From positions 512,001-576,000 of the forward strand of contig CBDDFZ010000002.1 of assembly GCA_965227515.1 (NCBI GenBank): a DNA stretch of 64,000 bases, in the 5' to 3' direction. This DNA comes from Alphaproteobacteria bacterium (GTDB taxonomy: Bacteria; Pseudomonadota; Alphaproteobacteria; CALKHQ01). Below the pieces are notes generated by a model. The model was given only the letters and a program-made list of their open reading frames with translations. It ran no database searches and was not told where the DNA came from. The position numbers and the translations under genes are program-made. Numbering within the stretch: position 1 is the stretch's first letter; every line of letters starts with the position of its first letter. Of the stretch, positions 38,090-46,510 are shown one piece after another.

Positions 38090-39447
38090 GCGACGCACCC
38101 ACCGCCGTCGTCTTCATCGGGCCGAGCCGGGGGCGCACCCCGCTGGACGTGCCCGGGAACGTGCGCCTGGCGCCGCCGGCGGCGTTCGGCGATCTCTATC
38201 GCGCGGCGCGGGCCGGGGTCGGGCGTATCGGGCTGGTCGACGCGGTGTTCGAGGACCAGCCCACGGTCTGGCACAACGAGATCCTGTGGGCGCTGGACCA
38301 TGGCGTCGAGGTCTATGGCGGCGCCAGCATGGGCGCGCTCAGGGCGGCGGAATGCGCGCCGTTCGGCATGATCGGGGTCGGCGCGATCTTCGAGATGTAC
38401 CGCGACGGCACGCTGGAGGACGATCACGAGGTGGCGGTGCTGCACGGACCGGCCGACCTGGACCACATGCCGCTGACCGAGCCTTTGGTGAACGTGCGGG
38501 CCACGCTTGCCGCCGCCCGCGATGCCGGCGTGCTGACGCCGGACGAGGCGGAGGCGATGCTGGGTAAGGCGCACGACCGCTACTACAAGACCCTGACCTG
38601 GGCGAGCCTGCTGGACGATGCGCAGCTCGGCGGGCTGTCGGCGGCGGCGGACCGGCTCGCGCCATGGCTGCCGAGCGGGCGCATCGACCTGAAGCGCAAC
38701 GACGCGCAGGCGCTGATCGCGCGGGTGTCGTCCGACCCGCCGCCCGCGCCAGAAGCGGGCAAGACCACGCCGTCCTTCTTCAATGTCACCTCGTTCTGGA
38801 GCCACGCCGCCGACCTGCTGGACGATGCCGGCGCCGCGCTCAGCGATGGCGAGCGGCTGGTGCTGGACGAGATGCGGCTGGACCCTGCCGCCTATCGCCG
38901 GGCGCTGCTGCGCGCCTTCGCACGGCGCAACGCGGTGGCCGAGGACGGGTCCGCGGCGGCCGCCATCGACGGGTTCCGCGAGGCTGCCGGCCTGATGAGC
39001 GCACAGGATTATGCCGCCTGGTGCGCCGCGCACCATGTGGCCCGGCCCGACCTGGAACGTGCGGTCGCCGAGGATGAGGGCCTGGAGGCGACATTGGATG
39101 ACATGGCGGCCGAGCTTGCCGCCGATATCGTGATGGAGGCGCGGCTGTCCGGGCGCTACCCACGCCTGCACGCCCGCGCCATGGCGAAGCTGCGGGCGCT
39201 GGACCGCGCGGGCGACGTCGGCCCTGCGCTGTCGCTGGGGCAGCTCCTCGACTGGTTCGCCGCCACACGCGGGACCGATGTTGTGCCCGAGGAGGCGGAT
39301 GATTTCGCCCGCGGTCTCGGTCTGCCGGACAGGAACGCGCTGCACGATCTTCTGCTGCGGGAGTATGTGTCCGACGGCGCGGCCGAGCCCTCTGGGCCGG
39401 ACAGCAGCAGTTCGATGAGCGAACCCGGCCGTCGAGGGGGCGCATAA
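38086..39447 (+). CDS. tfuA: TfuA-like protein with C-terminal helical extension
   Basis: ATGA overlap with ycaO; VVFIGPS, GDL, VWHNEIL, GGASMGALRAAEC, GMIGVG, DDHEVA, EPLVNVRATL, DLKRNDA. Confidence 0.93.
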   Translation: MSDAPTAVVFIGPSRGRTPLDVPGNVRLAPPAAFGDLYRAARAGVGRIGLVDAVFEDQPTVWHNEILWALDHGVEVYGGASMGALRAAECAPFGMIGVGAIFEMYRDGTLEDDHEVAVLHGPADLDHMPLTEPLVNVRATLAAARDAGVLTPDEAEAMLGKAHDRYYKTLTWASLLDDAQLGGLSAAADRLAPWLPSGRIDLKRNDAQALIARVSSDPPPAPEAGKTTPSFFNVTSFWSHAADLLDDAGAALSDGERLVLDEMRLDPAAYRRALLRAFARRNAVAEDGSAAAAIDGFREAAGLMSAQDYAAWCAAHHVARPDLERAVAEDEGLEATLDDMAAELAADIVMEARLSGRYPRLHARAMAKLRALDRAGDVGPALSLGQLLDWFAATRGTDVVPEEADDFARGLGLPDRNALHDLLLREYVSDGAAEPSGPDSSSSMSEPGRRGGA

Positions 39448-39549
39448 AGACGGCTTGCGCTCGTGTGCGGGCCGGGCCAGCATTGCGGTGTGGTGCGGTC
39501 GTCACCGCAAGGACGGGCGCGACCGCTGTGGTGACCCGGGGGGAGAGCG

Positions 39550-40275
39550 ATGTCTGAGGATCATGCGGCCGGTGCGCCCCGTGTGGAATTTGTCAACGCC
39601 AGCCGTGGCGTTTCGGCACAGAAAGAAAACTGTGCGCTCTGCTCCGCCGCGGGCGCCGTGAACCTCACGATCGGATCCAGCAGGTATTCGTCAAACGATG
39701 TCGCCAGCCTGACCGGTGTGGCCACGGCGGGCGCTTTCGCGGCAGTCGCCGGCCACGAAGAGGCGATCATCGCGTTTGTGGAGGCGAAGACGCAGCCGTC
39801 ACGAACGGCGGCGTCGATCGTGGAAACGGGCACACCGCTTGCCGATGCTATCGACGCTATGCTGGCCCAGCCTATCGGGACGGTCTTCGTTCTTCACCTC
39901 AGCGGCAAGACTGTCGCCTCGGTCGACGATCCGAACACCAACAGCCATTGGCTGAACGCCATCCTGGTCGAGAATGGGGGTGCCGGAGAACTCCGCTACT
40001 TCGATTTCCAGACCAACCGCAAGCTGCCGAACGCTGAGCGCAGCAGGTTTCTCAGGTCATGGGTCGGGGGAGCCAATCCCTCGTCGTCGTTGGCACCGTT
40101 CATCGGCATCGTCGGCCAGGCCGAGCTGAGTTTCGAGAAGCGGAGGCTCGGCGGCATTGGCCAGGAACTCGATGAAGGCGCGCACCGCACCATGCATGCC
40201 GCTCACCAGGCCGGGACCTTTCTGCCCGAAACGACGACGGCGCAAACAATACTGGCGTTTCCACCGGCCGGTTGA
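39550..40275 (+). CDS. Papain-fold (Tox-PL-like) cysteine peptidase/deamidase-like protein
   Basis: GGAG RBS; ENCALC, SHWLNA and YFDFQ give a C-H-D triad pattern. Confidence 0.6.
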   Translation: MSEDHAAGAPRVEFVNASRGVSAQKENCALCSAAGAVNLTIGSSRYSSNDVASLTGVATAGAFAAVAGHEEAIIAFVEAKTQPSRTAASIVETGTPLADAIDAMLAQPIGTVFVLHLSGKTVASVDDPNTNSHWLNAILVENGGAGELRYFDFQTNRKLPNAERSRFLRSWVGGANPSSSLAPFIGIVGQAELSFEKRRLGGIGQELDEGAHRTMHAAHQAGTFLPETTTAQTILAFPPAG

Positions 40276-40356
40276 AAGTGTGGTCAAACGCAGAAGAGTC
40301 CGGAGCCAACAGCTTGTTGACGGCGGGAGGTATCGGCGGAATAATCGCAGTCGATT

Positions 40357-41721
40357 TTGATATGCCTGCAATATCTCGCAAATGGAAGTGTCGTATTGCC
40401 CAACACATACACCAGCACGTTTCCGGGCCATAAGCACGGTAATCACATCCCCGGCGGGACCAGGTTCCGCATCTTTCCGCAGGCCCCGCTGACCGACCGC
40501 ATGCCGCCGCTGGAGACGGTGACGGTTTCCTCGCCGGCCGGATCGCTCGGCCCCGGTCCGTCCGACGACCGCATGTACGCCATCGTGCCGCTGGGCGGGC
40601 CGACGCCCTATGGCGTGACGCCGGGCCGTCGCGGCATGGAGCTGAACCTGCCGCCGTGGCGCGGCTCCATCGTCCCGCCGGCAGCACCTTCGCCCGCCGG
40701 CCATTTCGACCATGTGCCGGTCACCTCCCCGCAGTTCCCGGCTGTGCATATGTTTGGCGTCGCGCGGTTCACCCTCGACGTCTGGGAGCGTTATCTCGGC
40801 GGTCCGGTGGCCTGGCATTTCGACGACCTGCTGGACCGCCTGGAACTCTCGACAGTGCCCGGCTGGCGCAACGCGCAGATGGGCTTCGGCTTTCTTCAGG
40901 CCGGTGAGCGGCCGGGACCGGACGGGCTGATCGACGAGTATGCCCTCAACTTCGATGTCATCGCGCACGAGATCGGCCACGCGCTGCTGCTGGCGCTGGA
41001 GGGGCCGTTCGACCGCCATGCCGGCACCTGGGACTACGAGGCGTTCCACGAGATGTCGTCCGACTGGGTGGCGCTGATCACCCTGCTGCACCTCGACACG
41101 GTGGTGGATGCGCTGCTCGACGGCACCTCGGGCAATCTCGACACCTACAACCAGCTCAGCCGGTTCGCCGAGCTGTCCGACAACGAACAGATCAGGCTGG
41201 CCAACAACAAGCTGACGCTGGATGACTTCCGCGACGGCTGGCACGACGAGCACGATATCGCCAAGCCGCTGATCGGCGCGTTCTTCGACTACTTCATCGA
41301 CCTCTACCACGAGCTGTTGGTGGAGCGCGGCGCCATCTCGCCGGAACTGGAAATGCTGGCCGACGCGGCCGAGCGCGACCCCGCGCTGCTGGACGATGTG
41401 CAACGCGGGTTCGAGGCTGCCTACGCGGCCCGGCGGGGCGAATTCCGGCGCGCCCTGGATGACGCGCGCGACATGGCGGCGATGGTGATGATCGACCTGT
41501 GGGGCAGCGTCGACCCGGAGCGCGACGTATTCGCCGACATCGCGGCGTTCTTCGAGACCCGCAACCTGGGCGCGAGTGAGGCGGATCGCATCCATGCGCG
41601 GATCGCCCGCACCCAGTTGGAGCGCCGCGGCATCGGCCGGGTGCCGCTGGGGCCGCGGTTCGAGGAACCGCCCCACGACAGCCATACCCGGTCGTCCCGT
41701 TTGGTGTTGCCTGTAGGCTAG
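40357..41721 (+). CDS. Gluzincin zinc metallopeptidase (M4/M36-like)
   Basis: WRNAQ, DVIAHEIGH, AFHEMSSD (HExxH plus ExxxD), EHD; start uncertain (TTG 40357 or 40396). Confidence 0.8.
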   Translation: MICLQYLANGSVVLPNTYTSTFPGHKHGNHIPGGTRFRIFPQAPLTDRMPPLETVTVSSPAGSLGPGPSDDRMYAIVPLGGPTPYGVTPGRRGMELNLPPWRGSIVPPAAPSPAGHFDHVPVTSPQFPAVHMFGVARFTLDVWERYLGGPVAWHFDDLLDRLELSTVPGWRNAQMGFGFLQAGERPGPDGLIDEYALNFDVIAHEIGHALLLALEGPFDRHAGTWDYEAFHEMSSDWVALITLLHLDTVVDALLDGTSGNLDTYNQLSRFAELSDNEQIRLANNKLTLDDFRDGWHDEHDIAKPLIGAFFDYFIDLYHELLVERGAISPELEMLADAAERDPALLDDVQRGFEAAYAARRGEFRRALDDARDMAAMVMIDLWGSVDPERDVFADIAAFFETRNLGASEADRIHARIARTQLERRGIGRVPLGPRFEEPPHDSHTRSSRLVLPVG

Positions 41722-41726
41722 AATCG

Positions 41727-41746
41727 TGGTTAATTTGCGTTAACCA
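41727..41746. promoter_or_regulatory. Perfect palindrome TGGTTAA-N6-TTAACCA upstream of the repeat-tailed gene
   Basis: Seen directly in the AT-rich intergenic gap, about 35 bp before ATG 41781. Confidence 0.5.
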
Positions 41747-41780
41747 TATTTCGGACCAAGGTTATTGGGGGAGCATATTC

Positions 41781-42446
41781 ATGGCGACAAATTACGGCTC
41801 GGGTAACTTCGATACATTGTTGTCCGATACTAGTGTCCGGCTGTTCGGCCGGGAGATGTTCGACATCAAGCTGGCCGGCAATCGCGACGAAGCCTACGAC
41901 TACAAGGGCGGCAACGACACCCCGCCGCCGGCCGTTCACTCCAGCAACAATTTCCTGCTCCATCAACTTAAGCGGGAAGATGCGCGCTTGGCGCGGATCT
42001 ACAGTTTCTCGTTCCAGAACCAGATCTTCGACCTGATGAAGCCGGCGCTGTTTGTCGTGCACGGCGAGGGCAACGTCCCCGACCCGCCGGAAATCCAGTT
42101 CAGCGCGACCGACGTGAGCACCCGCCGCGGCATCAAGCCGGCGATCACGGTCCGCTCCGGTGTGTCCGGTCAGGACGCACGGTTCACCGAAGACATCCGC
42201 ATGTGGCTCTATGACATCGCCGACTTCACCGTACGGCTGGACATGGAGGCGGGACCGTTCGAGCGCGTGCTGCTGGAGTTCGAGCTTGGCGGCCCGGGCA
42301 GCTTCGATGCCGGTGCGACCGCCGGTGGCGCTGCGGGCTGGACCGCTGGCGGTGCCGCGGGGTGGACCGCGGGCGGCGCGGCAGGGCCCAGGCGCGGCCC
42401 GCGGCAGCGCTATCGCCGGGGTCGCTGGCGCGGCGACGACGAGTAG
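41781..42446 (+). CDS. Hypothetical protein with C-terminal (TAGGAAG-W) repeats; candidate YcaO/TfuA substrate
   Basis: Strong RBS GGGGGAG; 221 aa; C-terminus ATAGGAAGWTAGGAAGWTAGGAAGP followed by an Arg-rich tail. Confidence 0.8.
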   Translation: MATNYGSGNFDTLLSDTSVRLFGREMFDIKLAGNRDEAYDYKGGNDTPPPAVHSSNNFLLHQLKREDARLARIYSFSFQNQIFDLMKPALFVVHGEGNVPDPPEIQFSATDVSTRRGIKPAITVRSGVSGQDARFTEDIRMWLYDIADFTVRLDMEAGPFERVLLEFELGGPGSFDAGATAGGAAGWTAGGAAGWTAGGAAGPRRGPRQRYRRGRWRGDDE

Positions 42447-42502
42447 GTCGCCGCTCCCGCGCCGGTTTGGCGGCTGCCTCCTGCGGTCACATCCATATTG
42501 GT

Positions 42503-42611
42503 GTCATCCTTGACCGAAGCCCGAAGGGCGAGTGTTGAGGATCCATTTCAGTTATCGCGCAAGAGGCGAAATGGATCCTCGGCGCTCGGCTTCGCCTCGG
42601 CCAAGGATGAC
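42503..42611. repeat. CGTC-type palindromic repeat variant
   Basis: GTCATCCTTGACCGAAG...GAGGATCCATTTC ... GAAATGGATCCTC...CCAAGGATGAC. Confidence 0.75.
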
Positions 42612-42704
42612 AATGAAAGGATTGACGATCCCCAGCAATCCTTGGCCGGTCTGACGCGATGAAGTGTCGAGGCCGAGGGTGACTCGGGTTTTGTGTCCGT
42701 TGCT

Positions 42705-44450
42705 CTAAAGGCCCGCCCGCCGCAGCCCCTCGGCATAGATTTCCCGCGCCCGCGGGTTCTTGTCCGGCACCACCGACACCCAGGTGTCGACGTCGAAGTC
42801 CGGCTCGTTGGCACGGATGCGCCGCGCCCAGTCGCCAGCCTCCTGCGCGCGCCCCAATTGCGCGTGGCTCGCCGCCATCACGTAGCGCACGATGGCCGGG
42901 TTCTCCATCGACTTCCCGAAGCGGATCGCGGTGTCGTAGTCCTCCAGGAAGAAGTACGCGCAGGCCAGGTCGCGCAAGTAGTTCTCGCGGCCGAACGGGT
43001 TCAGGCGCATCGCGTGCTCGTACTGCGCGATACCCTCGTGCGCGCGCCCGCCGTGGGTCAGCGTGTCGCCATACTCGGCGATGACGTCGGCGTCGCTGGG
43101 GTTCAGTTCCAGCGCCCGCTCATAGGCCGCCAGCGAGCGGTCGTGGTCGCGCAGGTAGAGCGAGACGAAACCCAGTTCCACGTGCCCGCTGGGATCGTTC
43201 AGGTCCATGTCGATGGCATATTGCGCGCGCGACTGGGCCTGGTGGATGTTGTTGTCGCGGTCGTCGACCCAGGCATATTTCCAGTTCAGGCAGTGCGCCC
43301 GCGCTGCCACCGCGTGGGCGCGCGAGTAGTGCGGGTCGAGGGACGTCGCCTGGTCGACGAAACGCAGGGCGCGCCCGGTTGCCGCCGCGTTGAACTGGTC
43401 GATCTCGTGACGGCCGCGCAGCATCAGGGCATAGGCGCCCAGCGATTCGGGCGCCCTGGCGCGGGCCAGCGCGCGTTCGCGTGCCTCGATCTGCACCGCC
43501 ATCGCTGACACCGCGCACTGGGCGATGTCCTCCTGCACGTCGAACACGTCCTCGAACGTGCGGTCGTAGGTCTCGGCCCAGATCACCTTGTCATGCAGCG
43601 CGTCGAGCAGGCGCACCTTGACCCGCATGCGCTTGCCGGACACCTGCACCCGGCCCCGTGCGAGATAGCGAGAATTCAGGCGCCGGCCGATGGCGTCGTC
43701 GGCAATCGGCGTGCCGCCGACCTTGCCGGACGACTCGCGCGACGTCACATCCAGGCTGCGGAAGCGCGTCAGGTAGCCAATGATCTCGTCGTCGAAACCG
43801 TCGGCGACCGTGAACAGCTCCTGCTCCATGGCCGCGACTTCGAACGGGAGCACGGCGACGGAGGGCTGGGCCTGGCGCTCCAGCGGATCGTCGGCCAGAT
43901 GACCGTTCATCACCACTGGCGCCGGCGGCGGTGCATCGTCGCTGACGCGCACCCGGTAGATCGTGATCTCGTCGCCGATGTTCTTCAGCTCGGGGTTGCC
44001 CATCGCCTCGAACGTCAGGTCTTGCGCGGTGTCCAGGGCCGCGCGCACCTCCCCGCTGACGCAAACGCCGCCGGCCTCGGCCACGCCCTCCAGCCGGGCC
44101 GCGACGGTGACCGCGTGGCCCAGCAGTTGCTCGCCGCTCTCGAAGGTCTCGCCCATATGGATGCCGATGCGGAACCGCACCGGGCTGCCGTCGCCCGGCG
44201 GCCGATCCAGGTTGCCGGCCTGGGTCTGGATCGTCAGCGCGCAGCGCACCGCCCGCTCGACACTGTCGAATGTGGCGAACACGCCGTCGCCGAAATACCG
44301 CTCGACCTTGCCGTCGAAATTCCACACCAGCGCACGAATGGTGCGGGTGACATGGTTGATGGCCTCGACCGACGCGACCTCGTCGGCCTTCATACGCGCG
44401 CTGAACGCCACCGCATCTACGAAGACGAGCGCTTTTAGTTGCCGTTTCAT
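42705..44450 (-). CDS. Class III nucleotidyl cyclase domain + TolB_N-like + TPR protein
   Basis: VFVDAVAFS, GDGVFATF, FRIGIHMG, AARLE, LKNI; PSVAVLPF; TPR repeats (ALELNPS, AMRLNP). Confidence 0.9.
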   Translation of the reverse strand: MKRQLKALVFVDAVAFSARMKADEVASVEAINHVTRTIRALVWNFDGKVERYFGDGVFATFDSVERAVRCALTIQTQAGNLDRPPGDGSPVRFRIGIHMGETFESGEQLLGHAVTVAARLEGVAEAGGVCVSGEVRAALDTAQDLTFEAMGNPELKNIGDEITIYRVRVSDDAPPPAPVVMNGHLADDPLERQAQPSVAVLPFEVAAMEQELFTVADGFDDEIIGYLTRFRSLDVTSRESSGKVGGTPIADDAIGRRLNSRYLARGRVQVSGKRMRVKVRLLDALHDKVIWAETYDRTFEDVFDVQEDIAQCAVSAMAVQIEARERALARARAPESLGAYALMLRGRHEIDQFNAAATGRALRFVDQATSLDPHYSRAHAVAARAHCLNWKYAWVDDRDNNIHQAQSRAQYAIDMDLNDPSGHVELGFVSLYLRDHDRSLAAYERALELNPSDADVIAEYGDTLTHGGRAHEGIAQYEHAMRLNPFGRENYLRDLACAYFFLEDYDTAIRFGKSMENPAIVRYVMAASHAQLGRAQEAGDWARRIRANEPDFDVDTWVSVVPDKNPRAREIYAEGLRRAGL

Positions 44451-44628
44451 GGGCAGACGCCGGTATTTGGCAGGTATCGCCAAATGAGACCACATTCGGT
44501 CCTCAGATTCAATTGTTGCTGCATATTTGCCGGGGGCTGATGTCGCAAAAACGCAGTACTTCGATGCTCTGGGAATGCGGATCGGGCCGGATTTGCCGAC
44601 CGGAGGCGTCTCGAAGCGTCTTGCGGGG

Positions 44629-45585
44629 TCAGGCCTTCACGGCACCGGCCGTCAGCCCGGCCACGAAATAGCGCTGCAGGAAGAAGAACAGCACAATCAC
44701 CGGCACCGACACGATGACCGAGCTCGCCATCAACTCGCCGTAGCGGATGCCGTACTGGCCGATGAAGTCGTTCATGCCCACCGGCAGCGTGCGCATCTCC
44801 TTGGTCGATGTGAAGGAAAGCGCGAACAGGAACTCCTGCCAGGTGACGATGACGATCCACACCGTGGTGGCGATGATGCCGGGGCGGGCCAGCGGCACCA
44901 CGACCAGGAAGAAGGCTTTCAGCCGCGTCGCGCCGTCGATCATCGCCGACTCCTCGAGCGCGGCCGGGATGCGGGCGACGAAGTTGCGCAGCATCCAGAT
45001 CGACACCGGCAGCGTGATGGTGACGTAGGCGATGATCAGCGATGCATAAGTGTCCAGCAGGTCCAGCCACTTCATCGTCTTGTAGATCGGGATGATGATG
45101 GCACCGGCCGGGAACATCTGCGCGATGATGATCGCGACCATGATCACCGACAGCACCCGGAACTGGAACCGGGTGAAGCTGTAGGCGGCCAGCAGGCCCA
45201 GGCTGACCGAGATCACCACGGTGGAGACCGAGACGATGACGCTGTTCAGGAAGTAGCGCTGGAACTCGGGGTAGAACGCATTCTCGTAGTTGGCGGTGGT
45301 GGGATTCTCGGTCCACAGCCGGGCCGGAATGCTGAATGGCTCGTCGCCAGGCTTCAGCGAGACCGAGAACATCCAGAAGAAGGGCAGCAGCACCGCCAGC
45401 GCCAGCAGGATCTGCAGCGCCAACAGGCCGGCCTTGCGCCCGGTCCATTGTTTGGCGATAGGCGTATTGTTTCTGCGCCGGCCCTCTCCCCCACCCGACC
45501 TCCCGACGACAGTATGATCAGTGGGAGGTCGGGTGGGGGAGAGGGCTGGTACCGACTTAGCGTTAGCGTCAGATTGCCTAGACAT
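44629..45585 (-). CDS. Carbohydrate ABC transporter permease (MalG-like) with in-frame palindromic insert at the N-terminus
   Basis: ATG 45585 with GGAGG RBS overlapping the upstream stop; EAA motif LEESAMIDGAT; AGAVKA C-terminus. Confidence 0.9.
   Translation of the reverse strand: MSRQSDANAKSVPALSPTRPPTDHTVVGRSGGGEGRRRNNTPIAKQWTGRKAGLLALQILLALAVLLPFFWMFSVSLKPGDEPFSIPARLWTENPTTANYENAFYPEFQRYFLNSVIVSVSTVVISVSLGLLAAYSFTRFQFRVLSVIMVAIIIAQMFPAGAIIIPIYKTMKWLDLLDTYASLIIAYVTITLPVSIWMLRNFVARIPAALEESAMIDGATRLKAFFLVVVPLARPGIIATTVWIVIVTWQEFLFALSFTSTKEMRTLPVGMNDFIGQYGIRYGELMASSVIVSVPVIVLFFFLQRYFVAGLTAGAVKA
45474..45558. repeat. Palindromic REP-like element, CCCTC/GAGGG family, copy 4 (inside a CDS)
   Basis: CCCTCTCCCCCACCCGACCTCCC...CAGTAT...GGGAGGTCGGGTGGGGGAGAGGG. 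Confidence 0.85.
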
Positions 45586-46477
45586 TGCCGCCCCCTCCGC
45601 GCTGGCGCGACAGGAACAGGTACGCGGCGACGAATACGGCCAGCACCAGCACCGACATGGTGCCGTAGGCGGCGGCATTGCCGAACCGGAACTGGCCGAA
45701 GCCGAGCTCGTAGATCATGGTCGGGAAGATGTGGGTGGCGTCCAGCGGTCCGCCGCGCGTGGTCACCCACACCATGTCGAAGTAGTTAAACGTGAAAATC
45801 GTGGTCAGCACCATGTTGAGCAGGATCACCATCCTGAGCGACGGAATCACGACATGGATCAGCCGCTGCCACGGCGTGGCGCCGTCGATAACCGCCGCTT
45901 CCACCTGCTCCTTGTCCACCGTTTGCAGGGCGGCCAGGTAGATGACGGCGGAGAACGGGAACCCCTTCCACACCGCGGCAAAGACCACCGAGGCCATTGC
46001 AAGATCGGTGTCGGCCAGCCAGGCGACGGGGTCGCCGGCGATGCCCCAGCCCACCGCCACCGAGTTGATCAGGCCAAGCTGCGGGTCGTAGAGGAAGCGC
46101 CACAGGATGGCGGCGACCACGCCCGGCAGCACCCACGGCAGCAGCACCAGCGAGCGCACCACGCCGGTGCCGGGCAGGCTCTTGTCGAGCAGCAGGGCCA
46201 CCGCGAAGCCGATGACGTTCTGGAACAGCACGACAGCACCCGTCCAGATGAACGAGTTCTCCACCACCTGCCAGAATCGCGCGTCGTCCAGCATCTGGGC
46301 GTAGGTGTCGAACCAGATGAAGGTCGGCTCCGGATTGGTGAACGAGGTGGTGAACAGGCTTTCCCAGAACGTGCCCAGCATCGGCGCGTACATCAGCACG
46401 CCGACCAGCAGCGCCGCCGGCATCACGAAGCCGATGGCGAACCAGTTCTCAGCGCGGCTGGTGTGATTGGGGGTCAT
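45578..46477 (-). CDS. Carbohydrate ABC transporter permease (MalF-like)
   Basis: LPWVLPGVV, WKGFPF, EAAVIDGAT, TRGGP. Confidence 0.92.
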   Translation of the reverse strand: MTPNHTSRAENWFAIGFVMPAALLVGVLMYAPMLGTFWESLFTTSFTNPEPTFIWFDTYAQMLDDARFWQVVENSFIWTGAVVLFQNVIGFAVALLLDKSLPGTGVVRSLVLLPWVLPGVVAAILWRFLYDPQLGLINSVAVGWGIAGDPVAWLADTDLAMASVVFAAVWKGFPFSAVIYLAALQTVDKEQVEAAVIDGATPWQRLIHVVIPSLRMVILLNMVLTTIFTFNYFDMVWVTTRGGPLDATHIFPTMIYELGFGQFRFGNAAAYGTMSVLVLAVFVAAYLFLSRQRGGGGNV

Positions 46478-46510
46478 GGGAGAGTCGTGTGCGTGGATTG
46501 CGGGGCGTTC

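Noticed and set aside
36682-40356. Short classical RiPP precursor ORF in the gaps around ycaO-tfuA
   Set aside because: The gaps are short and contain no small ORF with a convincing RBS and leader/core character.
41727-41746. Canonical CtrA box
   Set aside because: Spacing is TTAA-N6-TTAAC rather than N7; reported only as an unassigned palindrome.
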